This document shows positions 41,190 to 54,440 of a stretch of DNA of 64,000 nt, one piece after another. How positions within the stretch are numbered: position 1 is the first letter of the stretch; each line of letters opens with the position of its first letter. The position numbers and the translations under genes were made by a program. The notes under the pieces are model-generated. The model worked only from the letters and a program-made list of their open reading frames with translations. It was not told the origin of the DNA and did no database searches. Location of the stretch: the NCBI RefSeq assembly GCF_006345805.1, contig NC_043020.1, positions 6,324,001 to 6,388,000 on the forward strand, in the 5' to 3' direction. This stretch comes from Octopus sinensis (Eukaryota).

Positions 41190-42180
41190 TATGTTTCGAC
41201 GCAGTACCAGGCAGTGGTTCTCATAGCTTCTGATCTTAACTGATTGGCAGTGTTATCATATGCATGTGTTGTTTTGGTATAAAAGATGGGCTACAGCAAA
41301 TATTCTGCTCAATACCTATTTCTTTACTACCCACAAGAGGCTAAACACAGAGAGGACAAACAAGGACAGACAAACGGATTGAGTCGATTACATCGACCCC
41401 AGTGCGTAACTGGTATTTATTTAATCGACCCCGAAAGGATGAAAGGCAGAGTCGACCTCATCGGATTCTGAACTCAGAACATAGCGACAGACGAAATACC
41501 TATTTCTTTACTACCCACAAGGGGCTAAACACAGAGAGGACAAACAAGGACAGACAAACGGATTGAGTCGATTACATCGACCCCAGTGCGTAACTGGTAC
41601 TTATTTAATCAACCCCGAAAGGATAAAAGGCAGAGTCGACCTCGGCAGAATTTGAACTCAGAATGTAGTGGCAGACAAAATACCGCTAAGCATTTCGCCC
41701 GGCATGCTAACAATTCTACCAGCTCGCCGCCTTATTCTGCTCAATACCACGGATCTGCTTGTCAGTTGTTGGACCTTAACCAGTTGAGCATGTCCCTTGA
41801 TGGCTGACGAATGTGCATCTCTCATCACAGGGAGCACTATAGCCATGTGTTGAGAGGAATTCTATGGGGGTTTGAATTAACTACCCCTTGGAAACATGGG
41901 GGTTTCGTTCACCATCCTTAAACAATCCTTATTCAGGGACCTTTTGAGTAGGATGGGCTACTCGACCTGAAGAAAATTCTAACTGGGCCCCACCTGCAAG
42001 CAAGGTCATGTGCTGTTTATCTTGATATGAGATCACCAATCGTGCACATATGGTTGTGATGCATGTGCCTGGTGTACCCTTATCAGACGGGTAGTCATGA
42101 TGGGTAGATTGGGCTTCGTGTAATTGTACCCCAATGTCACTTTGATTGTGTACACTGCTTTCTCATCCAGTAATAATAAT
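41190..42180 (+). mobile_element. Repeat family E interrupted by a SINE B dimer
   Basis: Collinear with 43725-44285. Confidence 0.75.
41317..41732 (-). mobile_element. SINE family B dimer nested in a family E element, with 16-bp TSD
   Basis: TSD tattctgctcaatacc at 41301-41316 and 41733-41748. Confidence 0.88.
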
Positions 42181-42283
42181 CACTTAAAAAAAAACAATCA
42201 ATTAGTTAGATAGTGTGTGTGTGTGTGTGTGTGTTAGTGCGTGTTAATAATATTGGCATAATGACTCACCCTAGAAACAAGAT

Positions 42284-42319
<36 letters not shown>

Positions 42320-42322
<3 letters not shown>

Positions 42323-43315
42323 CCTTTTTACTATAGGCACAGGCCCTGGAATTTTAGAGGAGGGGACTAGTCAATTACATCATCCCCAGTGTTTTACTGG
42401 TACTTAATTTATGGACCCCTGAAAAGCAAAGTCAACCGCATCGGATTTTGAACTCAGAACATAACGACAGAGGAAATACCTATTTCTTTACTACCCACAA
42501 GGGGCTAAACACAGAGAGGACAAACAAGGACAGACAAACGGATTGAGTCAATTACATCGACCCCAGTGCGTAACAGGTACTTATTTAATCGACCCCGAAA
42601 GGATGGAAGGCAAAGTCGACCTCGGTGGAATTTGGACTCAGAACGTAACTGCACACAAAATACCTAAAATAGGTAAAAAGCTGAGAAGAAATGGAGGGGT
42701 CAAGGGAGACGAGATAAATAAGCATCTACATAGCATACAAAATATGTGAACACATGGATCATGCCGTCCTGATAAAAGAAAGACTAACAAGGGCCAACCT
42801 AGGAACCCCACATATTCAGGATCACCATGACCATGAAGGCAAAAGCCCCTGTTTTCTCCAATATGCAGACACAATATGCAGGTTAGTTCCATTCAGCTTC
42901 ACCATTTTCTCAACAAACACCCACCTTTTCAGTAATAATAATAATGATAACAATCCCTTCTACTACAGGCACAAGGCCGGAAATTTTGTAGGGGTCAGGG
43001 CTAGTACATTGAGCCGAGTAATCAACTGGTAATTATTTTCTTGACCCCGAAATGATAAAAAGCAAAGTTGACCTCTGCGGAATTTGAACTCAGATTGTAA
43101 AGACGGACAAAATGCTACCAAGCATTTTGTCTGACATGTCTGCAATTCTGCCAGTTCGCCACCTTAATACGGTTGACACAAGGCCAGCAATTTTGGAGGA
43201 GGGATCAGTCAATTACATCAACCCCAGTATTCAACTGGTACTTATTTCTTTGGTCCTGAAAGGATGAAAAGCAAAGTTGACCGTGGCAGAATTTGAACTC
43301 AGAAACTAAAGAATC
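42320..43315 (-). mobile_element. Several SINE family B copies, including a dimer at 42320-42665
   Basis: Family B consensus. Confidence 0.8.
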
Positions 43316-43334
43316 GGAAGCAATACTTGACTTT

Positions 43335-43560
43335 GACTTGACTTGAGGCAGCATTCACCCAGGGTGGGTTGAACTGGTTTCATACATCCTCAATGCTGCA
43401 TCTCTCACAAACGCCGACCAGACCTGGCAATTTGAAGCTAACGAACGTGTGATCTCCAACCACTCCTTATTCCAGGGGTGAACGCCATAGACATGGGGGG
43501 GCCTAGGTTGGGTTCCAGATCAGCCTTGACTATCATCAGCCAGGTTTTTCGTTGTCCACC
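43335..43560 (-). mobile_element. Decayed RTE-like LINE 3' end
   Basis: GGQRKTWLMIVKADLEP followed by a (CAAGT)n tail. Confidence 0.55.
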
Positions 43561-43724
43561 ACATCGCTTTTACCAACCCTGAAGGGGAGCTGGGGGCAAT
43601 TCAAATATTCAAATATTCCTCATGTACATCGCACCTTCTTCAATGGAAACAATACTGCTAAGCGCTTTATCTGGTGTGGTAACAATTCTGCCAGATCACC
43701 ATCTTTAACAACAACAATAAATGC

Positions 43725-44285
43725 CCTGATGCAGTACCAGGCAGTGGCTCTCATGGCTTCTGATCTTAACTGATTGGAAGTGTTATCATGTACATTGTTT
43801 TGTCTTGGTATAAAAGATGGGCTACAGCAAATATTCTGCTCAATACCACAGATTTGCTTGTCAGTTGTTTGACCGTAACTAGTTGAGCATGTCCCTTAGT
43901 GGCTGACGATATGTGCATCTCTGATCACGAGCAGAAGTAGTGGGGGAGCATCATAGCCATGTGTTGAGAGGGATTCTTTGGGGTTTGAATAATTCACCTC
44001 TGGAAACTTGGGTGTTTCGTTCAACATCCTTAAACAACCCTTATTCAGGGACCTTTTGAGTGGGATGGGCTACTCGACCTAAAGAAAATTCTAACTGGGC
44101 CCCACCTGCAAGGTTATGCGCTGTTTATCTTGATATGGGACCACCATGTCATGCACATATGGTTGTGATGCATGTGCCTGGTGTACCCTTATCAGATGGG
44201 TAGTCATGATGGGTATACTGGGCTTCGCGTAATTGTACCCCAGTATCACTTTGATGGCATGCACTGCTCTCCCACTCAATAACAA
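43725..44285 (+). mobile_element. Repeat family E (about 555 bp) flanked by (TAA)n/(CAA)n
   Basis: High similarity to 41190-42180 once the nested SINE dimer is removed; fragment at about 33840-33915. Confidence 0.75.
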
Positions 44286-44649
44286 CAATAATAATAATAA
44301 TAATGGCTTTAAATTTTGGCAAAAAGCCAGAAATTTCAGGAGAGGTGGGGAGTTGATTACATCAACCCCAGTGCTTAGCTGATACTTACTTTATATCGTC
44401 CCCAAAAGGATGAAAAGCAAAGCCAACTCCAGTGGCATTTAAACTCAGAATCACTACACATTTATATACTACGTCCTCAGATGCAAGAGGTTGTGGTGGT
44501 GCATGAGGCAATTACAGGGTTTTATAGGATTTCTCCACTCCATCAAACCTGTTGAAGCAAGGGGACCAGATATGATCATTAAGGAAGGAAATAACAAACA
44601 GTGTAAGATCATTGGCTTCAGCATCTTGTAAGATTAGTAGAGTGATTAA

Positions 44650-45216
44650 CCCTTTCATTACCAACCCAGCTGAAACCGCCCCTGGATCTGTAGTACAAAT
44701 GTCTTGTTTTCATAAGTTTTGAATTAAAATCTTCCACCAAACCTTAGTCACTTTTTATGTCCATAACACTAGCTTAATGATAACTAAGTTATTTTACTAA
44801 ATTCTTTGATATATTTAAAATTTATTGAAAGAAACACAGAGCATCTCAACAGAAATATGGTAACAAAAAGGTTAATCTTTTTCGCTCTGTGGAATTTCCA
44901 CAGATCCCATTAGTATTGATGTTGAAGATATGAAAGGTGAAGATGACCTCAACAGCAATAAAATCATTCTTTCTTTCTTAAATAGCTTCTCTTAACTATT
45001 TCGTTACCAACCCGGCTGAAACCGGCTCTGGGTCTGTAGTACAAATGTCTTGTTTTCATAAGTTTTGAATTTAAATCTTCCACCAAACCTTGGTCACAAT
45101 TTATGTTCCTAACACTAGCTTAATGATGACGAAGTTATTTTACTAAATTCTTAGTTATATTTAAAGTAATTGAAAGAAACACAGAGCATCCCAAAATAAA
45201 TACGGTAATGAAAGGG
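44650..45216 (+). mobile_element. Two piggyBac-type MITEs (44650-44871 and 44996-45216)
   Basis: Each is flanked by TTAA with ccctttcattacc / ggtaatgaaaggg-type ends; partial copies near 2775 and 10355. Confidence 0.8.
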
Positions 45217-45344
45217 TTAAATATCTAAATACAAAAATATAATAATAGGTTTTTTTTAAAACATCAAATGGCTCTGGGAGCCCAGTAGAGTTAAATAATA
45301 ATCAAAGAGATCCATAAGCAAAAAAATGGTTGAGAACCACAGCA

Positions 45345-45650
45345 CCCCACCTCTCTATCCTCATCTTTCCCTTCAAATGATACTTGGAAAAAATTGGCTG
45401 GAGAGTCTGGCCGGATAGGAAAGTGTCCACCTTCAAACATTTCAGATAAGTCCACCATACAATCTCTTCCACTACAGACGTAAAGCAGAGAAAGATTTGT
45501 CTCCCTTCTCTGCCAAAGGAAGGTGACATGCACATTGATGTTCCTTCTGTACACAACAGACGGCCAGATTTGTCCTACACGAAAGAGCGGCCGTCCAACA
45601 TCGTTTCTGGGTTAGGTAACAAGGCTAGTAATGGGAAGTAGGGAGGAGGG
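45345..45650 (-). mobile_element. L1/Tx1-like LINE C-terminal remnant
   Basis: REGRQIFLCF...EEIVWWTYLKCLKVDTFLSGQTL...SKYHLKGKMRIER resembles Tx1-type ORF2 ends, by recall only. Confidence 0.5.
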
Positions 45651-45698
45651 ACGCTTAGTGGCTACCATCAACCCAAGTACTTGCCTGGTACTTTATTC

Positions 45699-46126
45699 GG
45701 ATCTTTTCAGTTTGAACAGCAGATTTTTCTAACAGTGTCATATAAAATTGTCACCCATAATTATGACCCTAGTATCGATCTATTGCATTTCAATCTGTTT
45801 TAGGGTTAGGATTGGTTAGGGTTAGGGGTGGGGGGAAGGGTATCTTTTTTTCTTCAGAAATGTAAATAAACCCAATCTGTTTCTTAAACGAGGGACATAT
45901 TCATACGGCACAGAATGTTTTTTACCTCAATAGACGTCAGTGATTGGTTGAAATTGCAGAAATTGAAGAAAAAAAACAACAAATATCTTACAAACTATAG
46001 AATTTTCTCAATAAAGCCAAGAGAAAAAGATTTTTTTATAAACACATTCTACCAGTATATGAAGTTTAAAAGTGTTTAGTTACGTGGAAATTATGTTACA
46101 AACTGCCATTCAAACTGAAAAGAACC
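45699..46126 (-). mobile_element. Second, inverted copy of the 27212-27629 MITE
   Basis: The internal sequence is the reverse complement of the 27.2-kb copy. Confidence 0.85.
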
Positions 46127-46654
46127 CTTTATTCTATCAACAACAAATCCTGACATTCATGGAATTTGGACACAATACAATAATGATGGTGATGATGATG
46201 ATGATGATGATGACTTCAAATATTGGCACAAGGCCAGCAAGTTCAGAGAAGGGGATGAGGCAATTACATGGACCCCAGTGCATAACTGGGACTTATTTTA
46301 TCAACGCCGACAGGATGAAAGGCAAAGTCAACCTCTGTGGAATTGGAACTCAGAACATGAAGATGGACAAAATGTTGCTAAGCATTTTGCCTCTGGTGCT
46401 AACGATTCTGCCAGCTTGCAGCCCTTATTAATAATAACCCTTTCTACCATAGGCACAAGGCCATAACAACAACAACAACATCACCATCCTGTAAAACAAT
46501 ACTATGTGCAAAGCCAAAAATATGGCACCCTAGGCATAACACCGACTTGAACTCCTAACTTGTTGACTCCTGAGGTCCCTGGGTGGGACTTGGAGTCAAA
46601 TTGTACAAATACAAAGCGAAAGTCAAACATACAATAATAATAATAATAATAATA

Positions 46655-46900
46655 ATTAATTTGTTTATTGGCCACAAGGGCTAACAAAAATCAATTAAAA
46701 CATAAAGGAACGAAACAAAGGACGAAAGTTACAAAAAGGGTTTTGTCCGTTTGTAAAAGGTCCGTGTACAAAAGCAGGATAACAACGAAATATAAGTAAC
46801 AATTAAAACTCCCAATAGAGGGAGGTGCTTCAAAAGGGTTACTCGTGGAAAAATCCATAAAAGCCACGGGAGCCTGGTCAAAAGGGGGGTAGAGAGCCCC
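46655..46900 (-). mobile_element. LINE-like 3' UTR fragment ending ttagcccttgtggccaataaac plus (TTA)n
   Basis: Second copy at about 24365-24560. Confidence 0.55.
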
Positions 46901-47140
46901 TTTCTCCTTTTATTATTATTATTAATAATAATAATAATAATAATAATTTGAGAAGAGCATTGTCGCTGTGAGAACTATTACTACATGGGTAGTAATAGTT
47001 TTTTAACTTTAAAAAAAAAAAAAAAATTGACGAACTATTGAGTTTAGTTTAATGGCCTACCAATATATACTATGAGTTTCTTTGCCCTAGGAGTCGGGAA
47101 GACACTCGGCAAGAAATGGAAGCAAATTTGAAAGCAGAAG

Positions 47141-47173
<33 letters not shown>

Positions 47174-47327
47174 TTTTCTACTAAAGGTACAAGGGCTGAA
47201 ATTTTGGGGTGGGTTGGGGTGGGGGAGTAGTTGATTACATCAACTCTAGTTTGTAATTGGTAGTACTTATTTTATTAACCCTATAAGGATGAAAAGCAAT
47301 TTGAAATTGATATGATTTGAACATAGA

Positions 47328-47329
<2 letters not shown>

Positions 47330-47364
<35 letters not shown>

Positions 47365-47368
47365 AATA

Positions 47369-47432
<64 letters not shown>

Positions 47433-47527
47433 TAATAATAATAATGATAATAATAATAATAATAATAATGATAATAATGATAATGATAATAATAATGATA
47501 ATAATGATAATGATAATAATAATAATG

Positions 47528-47600
<73 letters not shown>

Positions 47601-47808
47601 TAATAATAATAATAATAATAATGATAATAATAATAATAATAATGATAATAATGATAATAATAATAATAATAATGATAATAATGATAATAATAATAATAAT
47701 AATATAATAATGATAATAATGATAATAATAATAATAATAATAATGATAATAATAATAATAATAATGATAATAATAATAATAATAATAATAATGATAATAA
47801 TAATAATG

Positions 47809-47839
<31 letters not shown>

Positions 47840-47847
47840 TAATAATG

Positions 47848-47878
<31 letters not shown>

Positions 47879-47895
47879 TAATAATAATAATAATG

Positions 47896-47929
<34 letters not shown>

Positions 47930-48061
47930 TAATAATAATAATGATAATAATAATAATAATAATAATAATGATAATAATAATAATGATAATAATAATAATA
48001 ATAATAATAATGATAATAATGATAATGATAATAATAATAATGAATAATAATAATAATAATG

Positions 48062-48098
<37 letters not shown>

Positions 48099-48117
48099 TA
48101 ATATAATAATAATAATG

Positions 48118-48148
<31 letters not shown>

Positions 48149-48268
48149 TAATAATGATAATAATAATAATAATAATGATAATAATGATAATAATAATGAT
48201 AATAATAATAATGATAATAATGATAATAATAATAATAATAATAATAATGAATAATAATAATAATAATG

Positions 48269-48299
<31 letters not shown>

Positions 48300-48309
48300 A
48301 ATAATAATG

Positions 48310-48343
<34 letters not shown>

Positions 48344-48459
48344 TAATAATGATAATAATAATAATAATAATAATAATGATAATAATAATAATGATAATAA
48401 TAATAATAATAATGATAATAATAATAATGATAATAATAATAATGATAATAATAATAATG

Positions 48460-48523
<64 letters not shown>

Positions 48524-48623
48524 TAATAATAATAATAATAATAATGATAATAATAATAATAATAATAATAATATAATAATGATAATAATAATGATAATAA
48601 TAATAATGATAATAATAATGATA

Positions 48624-48684
<61 letters not shown>

Positions 48685-49080
48685 TAATATAATAATGATA
48701 ATGATAATAAAATAATAATATAATAATAATAATGATAATAATAATATAATAATAATAATAATGATAATAATAATAATGATAATAATAATAATAATAATAA
48801 TGATAATAATAATAATGATAATAATAATAATGATAATAATAATAATGATAATAATAATAATAATAATAATAATGTAATAATAATAATAATAATAATAATA
48901 ATGATAATAATAATAATGATAATAATAATAATAATAATAATGATAATAATAATAATAATAATGATAATAATAATAATAATAATAATAATGATAATAATAA
49001 TAATAATGATAATAATAATAATAATAATAATGATAATAATAATAATTATAATAATAATAATAATAATAATGATAATAATA

Positions 49081-49115
<35 letters not shown>

Positions 49116-49344
49116 TAATAATGATAATAATAATAATAATAATGATAATAATAATGATAAGAATAATAATAATAATAATAATGAATAATAATATATAATA
49201 ATAATGATAATATATAATAATAATAATAATAATAATGAATAATAAAATAATAATAATAATAATGATAATAATAATAATAATAAAATAATGATAATAATAA
49301 TAATATAATAATAATAATGAATAATAATAATAATAATAATAATG

Positions 49345-49375
<31 letters not shown>

Positions 49376-49418
49376 TAATAATGATAATAATAATAATAAT
49401 AATAATAATGATAATATA

Positions 49419-49470
<52 letters not shown>

Positions 49471-49530
49471 TAATGATAATAATAATAATAATAATGATAA
49501 TAAAATAATAATAATAATAATAATAATAGA
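47330..49530. repeat. (AAT)n/(GAT) microsatellite, about 2.2 kb
   Basis: Direct reading of the sequence. Confidence 0.98.
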
Positions 49531-49825
49531 TGCCATTATCATTATTGTTTCTTAATGGAAGTACTTTGAAAGTTGTAATAAAACGCTATACATTAATCAC
49601 ATGTTATAAATGTGTGGGAGTGATAGAGAGAGAGAGATAATGTGTGTGAGTGTGTGTGTGTGTGTGTGTGAGCATGTGTGTGTATGTGTGAGCATGTGTG
49701 TGTGTGTGTGTGGTGTTTACTCACACATGTAAATTTCTGCTTGAAAGAGAACCGACCAATTGATGAAAATGAAAGTAGACATCTATAACTGACTAATGTC
49801 GGTGCATGCACATGTGTGCAATATG

Positions 49826-49868
<43 letters not shown>

Positions 49869-49893
49869 GCATATTTGTATACATAAATGTGTG

Positions 49894-49929
<36 letters not shown>

Positions 49930-50003
49930 TTCATATATACACACATGCATGCATATATGTACACAAATACATCTTTCTCTCTCTCTCTATATATATATAT
50001 ATG

Positions 50004-50053
<50 letters not shown>

Positions 50054-50133
50054 GTATGTATATGTGTATATATATATATGTATGTGTGTATATATATAAT
50101 ATATATATATATGTATGTACGTGTGTATATATA

Positions 50134-50176
<43 letters not shown>

Positions 50177-50779
50177 TGTATGTATGTACGTGTATATATA
50201 TATTTACATATATATGCATATATATATATATACACACACGTGTGTATATATGTACATATACATGTATGTATGTGTACACATAAGTGGATTATATGTGTGT
50301 GTGTGTGTGTGTGTTTGTGTGTATAAATATTAGGAGTGGTGTATGATAATATACATAGTGAGTTTCGAAACAAAGAAGGAGTGTATATATATATGTCTAT
50401 GCAACATAGGAATTATTCCAATATTTTGGTTCAGAAACCACTGACAAATCATTATTCATCCATACACATTACATACTTATACATACAAACATACACACCT
50501 GTATATGCATATAAACACATACATACATGTATATGTATATGGAGAGACACACACACACACACTCTAATTGGCAGATGACATTAAGGAAAGATTATACAGT
50601 GTCTGGCTCTTTGATAAGAGAATGGGTTTATATTTCATTACAAATTAATTAAAAACACAGCCATGGTTGGGTGGTAAGAAGTTTGCTTCCCAACCCCGTG
50701 GTATTAGGTTCAGTTCCACCAAGTGGATTTGGTAGACAGAAACTGAAAGAAGCCCATTGTATGTATATATGTGTGTATA

Positions 50780-51187
50780 TAGGCGCAGGAGTGGCTGTGT
50801 GGTAAGTAGCTTGCTAACCAACCACATGGTTCCGGGTTCAGTCCCACTGCGTGGCATCTTGGGCAAGTGTCTTCTGCTATAGCCCCGGGCCGACCAATGC
50901 CTTGTGAGTGGATTTGGTAGACGGAAACTGAAAGAAGCCCATCGTATATATGTATATATTATATATATATATATGTGTGTATATGTGTTTGTCCCCCTAG
51001 CATTGCTTGACAACCGATGCTGGTGTGTTTACGTCCCCGTCACTTAGCGGTTCGGCAAAAGAGACCAATAGAATAAGTACTAGACTTACAAAGAATAAGT
51101 CCCGGGGTCGATTTGCTCGACTAAAAGGCGGCGCTCCAGCATGGCCGCAGTCAAATGACTGAAACAAGTAAAAGAGTAAAGAGTAAA
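50780..51187 (+). mobile_element. SINE family A, full length
   Basis: Family A consensus. Confidence 0.9.
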
Positions 51188-51274
51188 TGTAGATTATAGA
51201 TATATCGGCCATTTCATCATGTGGAACCATTAATCCCTGGACATTCAGTCTCTATTTTTTTTTTCTTCTCAATC

Positions 51275-51310
51275 CTTTCTGCTGAAGAGCATAGGCTCGA
51301 AACATCAAAG
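51275..51310 (+). ncRNA. Degenerate hammerhead-like motif
   Basis: CUUU-CUGCUGA-A-GAGCauagGCUC-GAA-ACAU-C-AAAG; a more decayed copy at 53909-53944. Confidence 0.4.
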
Positions 51311-51589
51311 ACTTTTCCATTCTTCCCAAGCATTAAAGCAACACACCTGCTTGCTGTTCCTTCACCTGTCTTCATCTCTTGTTTTCTACAAAATCTACAC
51401 AGCCTTGGTTTTTTTATCTCATTACGAAAAAAGTTTTTATATACACACGCTGACATATGACCAACGTTGAACCCCTTATTCGCAAAATCACCGAACCTGG
51501 AACTTAACTATGGCCTATCTATAACACTTATTCAGCATTACTTGACACCTATGGGTCTCAATGACATCATTACCTCTCATAACCTATAT

Positions 51590-51897
51590 ATCACCGTGAC
51601 CAACCAGACTATCAGATGTTGCTACACAACGCTGGTCACAATGCGCTTCGCATTGTTTTAGCCTTCAAATGACGCCACCTTGTTGGCTAAGCAAGCAGGC
51701 CAACAGAAGAAAGAGTGAGAGAAAGTTGTGGTGAAAGAGTACAGCAGGGATCGCCACCCCACCCCACCCCTGCCAGAGCCTCGTGGAGCTTTAGATGTTT
51801 TCACTCAATAAATACTCACAACGCCCGGTCTGAGAACCGAAACCGCGATCCTACAACCGCGAGTCTGCTGCCCTAACCACTGGGCCATTGCACCTCA
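51590..51897 (-). mobile_element. SINE family C
   Basis: Reverse complement of 449-735. Confidence 0.82.
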
Positions 51898-52321
51898 TAT
51901 ATATATATATATATATAATGTGTGTATGTGAATCAGTGGCAACTCAGGCACTCGGACTGTTCAGCTTAGCCCAAGTATAAATTTAGTAAAATGAATGTGT
52001 ATTTGTAAGCTAATTTCATTTCTGCCAACACTGACTTCAAGTATGTAATTGCAGCCAATAACCCAGGCTCCTTTTATTGAACCTGGTCACAGTTCATTTA
52101 TTTTCATTCAGTGTTTGACAGTTGTCTTAGAGATGCCCTGTGTCAAAAAATATCCTTCTAGTAGATGTTCTCTCAACATCGTTCACACATACCTGACTCG
52201 GAGCTCAGAAGTCACAGCCCAAGTTGTTATCCATAATCGTAAAAATTAAAAGTAATTCAAATTCAATGTTTTCTTGAAACAATAAATTTCTATAGAGATT
52301 AGGATTTAAATTCCAATCTAT

Positions 52322-52521
52322 ACTCTTTTACTTGTTTCAGTCATTTGACTGCGGCCATGCTGGAGCACTGCCTTTAGTCGAGCAAATCAACTCCGGGACT
52401 TATTCTTTGTAAGCCCAGTACTTATTCTATCGGTCTCTTTTGCCGAACCGCTAAGTGACGGGGACGTAAACACACACCAGCATCGGTTGTCAAGCAATGC
52501 TAGGGGGACAAACACAGACAT

Positions 52522-52572
<51 letters not shown>

Positions 52573-52740
52573 TACGACAGGCTTCTTTCAGTTTCCGTCT
52601 ACCAAATCCACTCACAAGGCATTGGTCGGCCCGGGGCTATAGCAGAAGACATTTGCCCAAGATGCCACGCAGTGAGACTGAACCCAGAACCATGTGGTTG
52701 GTTAGCAAGCTACCTACCACACAGCCACTCCTGCGCCTAT
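52322..52740 (-). mobile_element. SINE family A, full length
   Basis: Reverse complement of the family A consensus. Confidence 0.9.
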
Positions 52741-53155
52741 ATGTAAAGTTTCTTTTCTACAATATTCTAAAAGAAATGAAAAATTATCCGGCAACTCCGG
52801 ATAATTCCAACGAGCCTGGTAGGTGAAAAAGACTAACTGGCATCTCTCGTCCAAGAGTACAGGCGACAGTCAGATCGCCGATGTTTGTTGTGCACTCCGC
52901 TACTGTTAATTAATTGTGTGTCTGTGTGTAAAGATCAGTTGTGTTTTGCAGGGTTGCTTTCTTTTTACACTTAGAAATGGAGAAAAAGATACAGTGCTAG
53001 ATATTAAAAAAATAAGCTATTTGGAGCTAGAAATAAAGCAGAAAAACGTGAAATTCTGTGATGAGACTGAGTGATGTTGATGACCTGATGTGATTGTGTG
53101 TGTATTTGTGTGTCTGTGTATTTATATATATATATATACATATATATATGCTTCT

Positions 53156-53570
53156 TATTTCTTTATTGCCCACAAAGGGCTAAACATAGAGGGGACAAAC
53201 AAGGACAGACAAAGGGATTAAGTCGATTACATCGAACCCAGTGCGTAACTGGTACTTAATTTATCGACCCCAAAAGGATGAAAGGCAAAGTTGCCTTGGC
53301 AGAATTTGGACTCATAACTTAACAGCACACAAAATACCTATTTCTTTACTACCTACAAGGGGCTAAACACAGAGGGGACAAACAAGGACAGACAAACGGA
53401 TTAAGTCGATTACATCGACCCCAGTGTGTAACTGGTACTTATTTAATCGACCCCGAAAGGATGAAGGCAAAGTCAACCTCGGTGGAATTTGAACTCAGAA
53501 CGCAGCGGTGGACGAAATACCGCTAAGCATTTCACCCGGTGTGCTAACGATTCTACCAGCTCGCCTTATA
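53156..53570 (-). mobile_element. SINE family B dimer with TSD
   Basis: tatatatatgcttct on both sides; internal junction aaatacctatttcttta near 53335. Confidence 0.85.
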
Positions 53571-54398
53571 TATATATATATATATGCTTCTGCTTCCTGG
53601 TCTTACTTGATGGAGGTGGGGTCATCCCAGGTTAGTGGCCCCAGAGGTATTGTTATCATATGTAAAGTTGACCAGGTCCACCAGTGCTCTCCATCACTGG
53701 CAGTTTCGTGCCAGCCCCTCTGAATATATGCATGTGTGTGTGTATATGTGTGTGTATAAATGTATGTACACACACATGTAAATGTGTGAAAATATGTAAG
53801 TCCTTGTCTTGACAGTATATAAGATGTGCTTGTATATAGATTTTGCCATGTTGGACCGCTGAATTCAACAAGTTATTTTTCATTCTCTCTCTGTTTATTC
53901 TCTCATTCCTTTCTGTTGAAGAGCACAGGCTCAAAATATAAAAGACTTTCTCATTTTCCCATGCATCAAACTAATACACTTGCTTGTTGTTCATACACCT
54001 GTCTTTGTCTTTTTTGGCTGTCCATAAATTTCAACTATATATACACATATACACACATATACATAGTAACCTTCTCTTTCAGATTTATGCTTTTGCAAGG
54101 ATACACATACACACACACAAATGCCAGACATTGGAGTTTGATGCAGCACAGGTTCATCAGTTCATGCCAAACCGTCCAACCCATACCAGCATGGAAAAAG
54201 GACATTAAATGATCACACACACACACACACACACACTGAAATAATTTTGTAAGTGGTTAACATGAACGAAAACCAGTGCACTCTATACATTGCTTAGAGT
54301 AAATATATCAATCATATATTACTACATTTGTAGGACTCTGGTTTTCCTGCTAAACAGAGCATTCATCAGAAGGATGTGATTCAAAACAACATGTACCC

Positions 54399-54440
<42 letters not shown>

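Noticed and set aside
47281-49542. 753-aa and 419-aa ORFs (poly-I/Y/N)
   Set aside because: Translations of the (AAT)n microsatellite; no coding signal.
52190-52240. Possible cassette exon with a CAG|gtatgt donor in intron 1
   Set aside because: In-frame stop in the phase needed and no clear acceptor.
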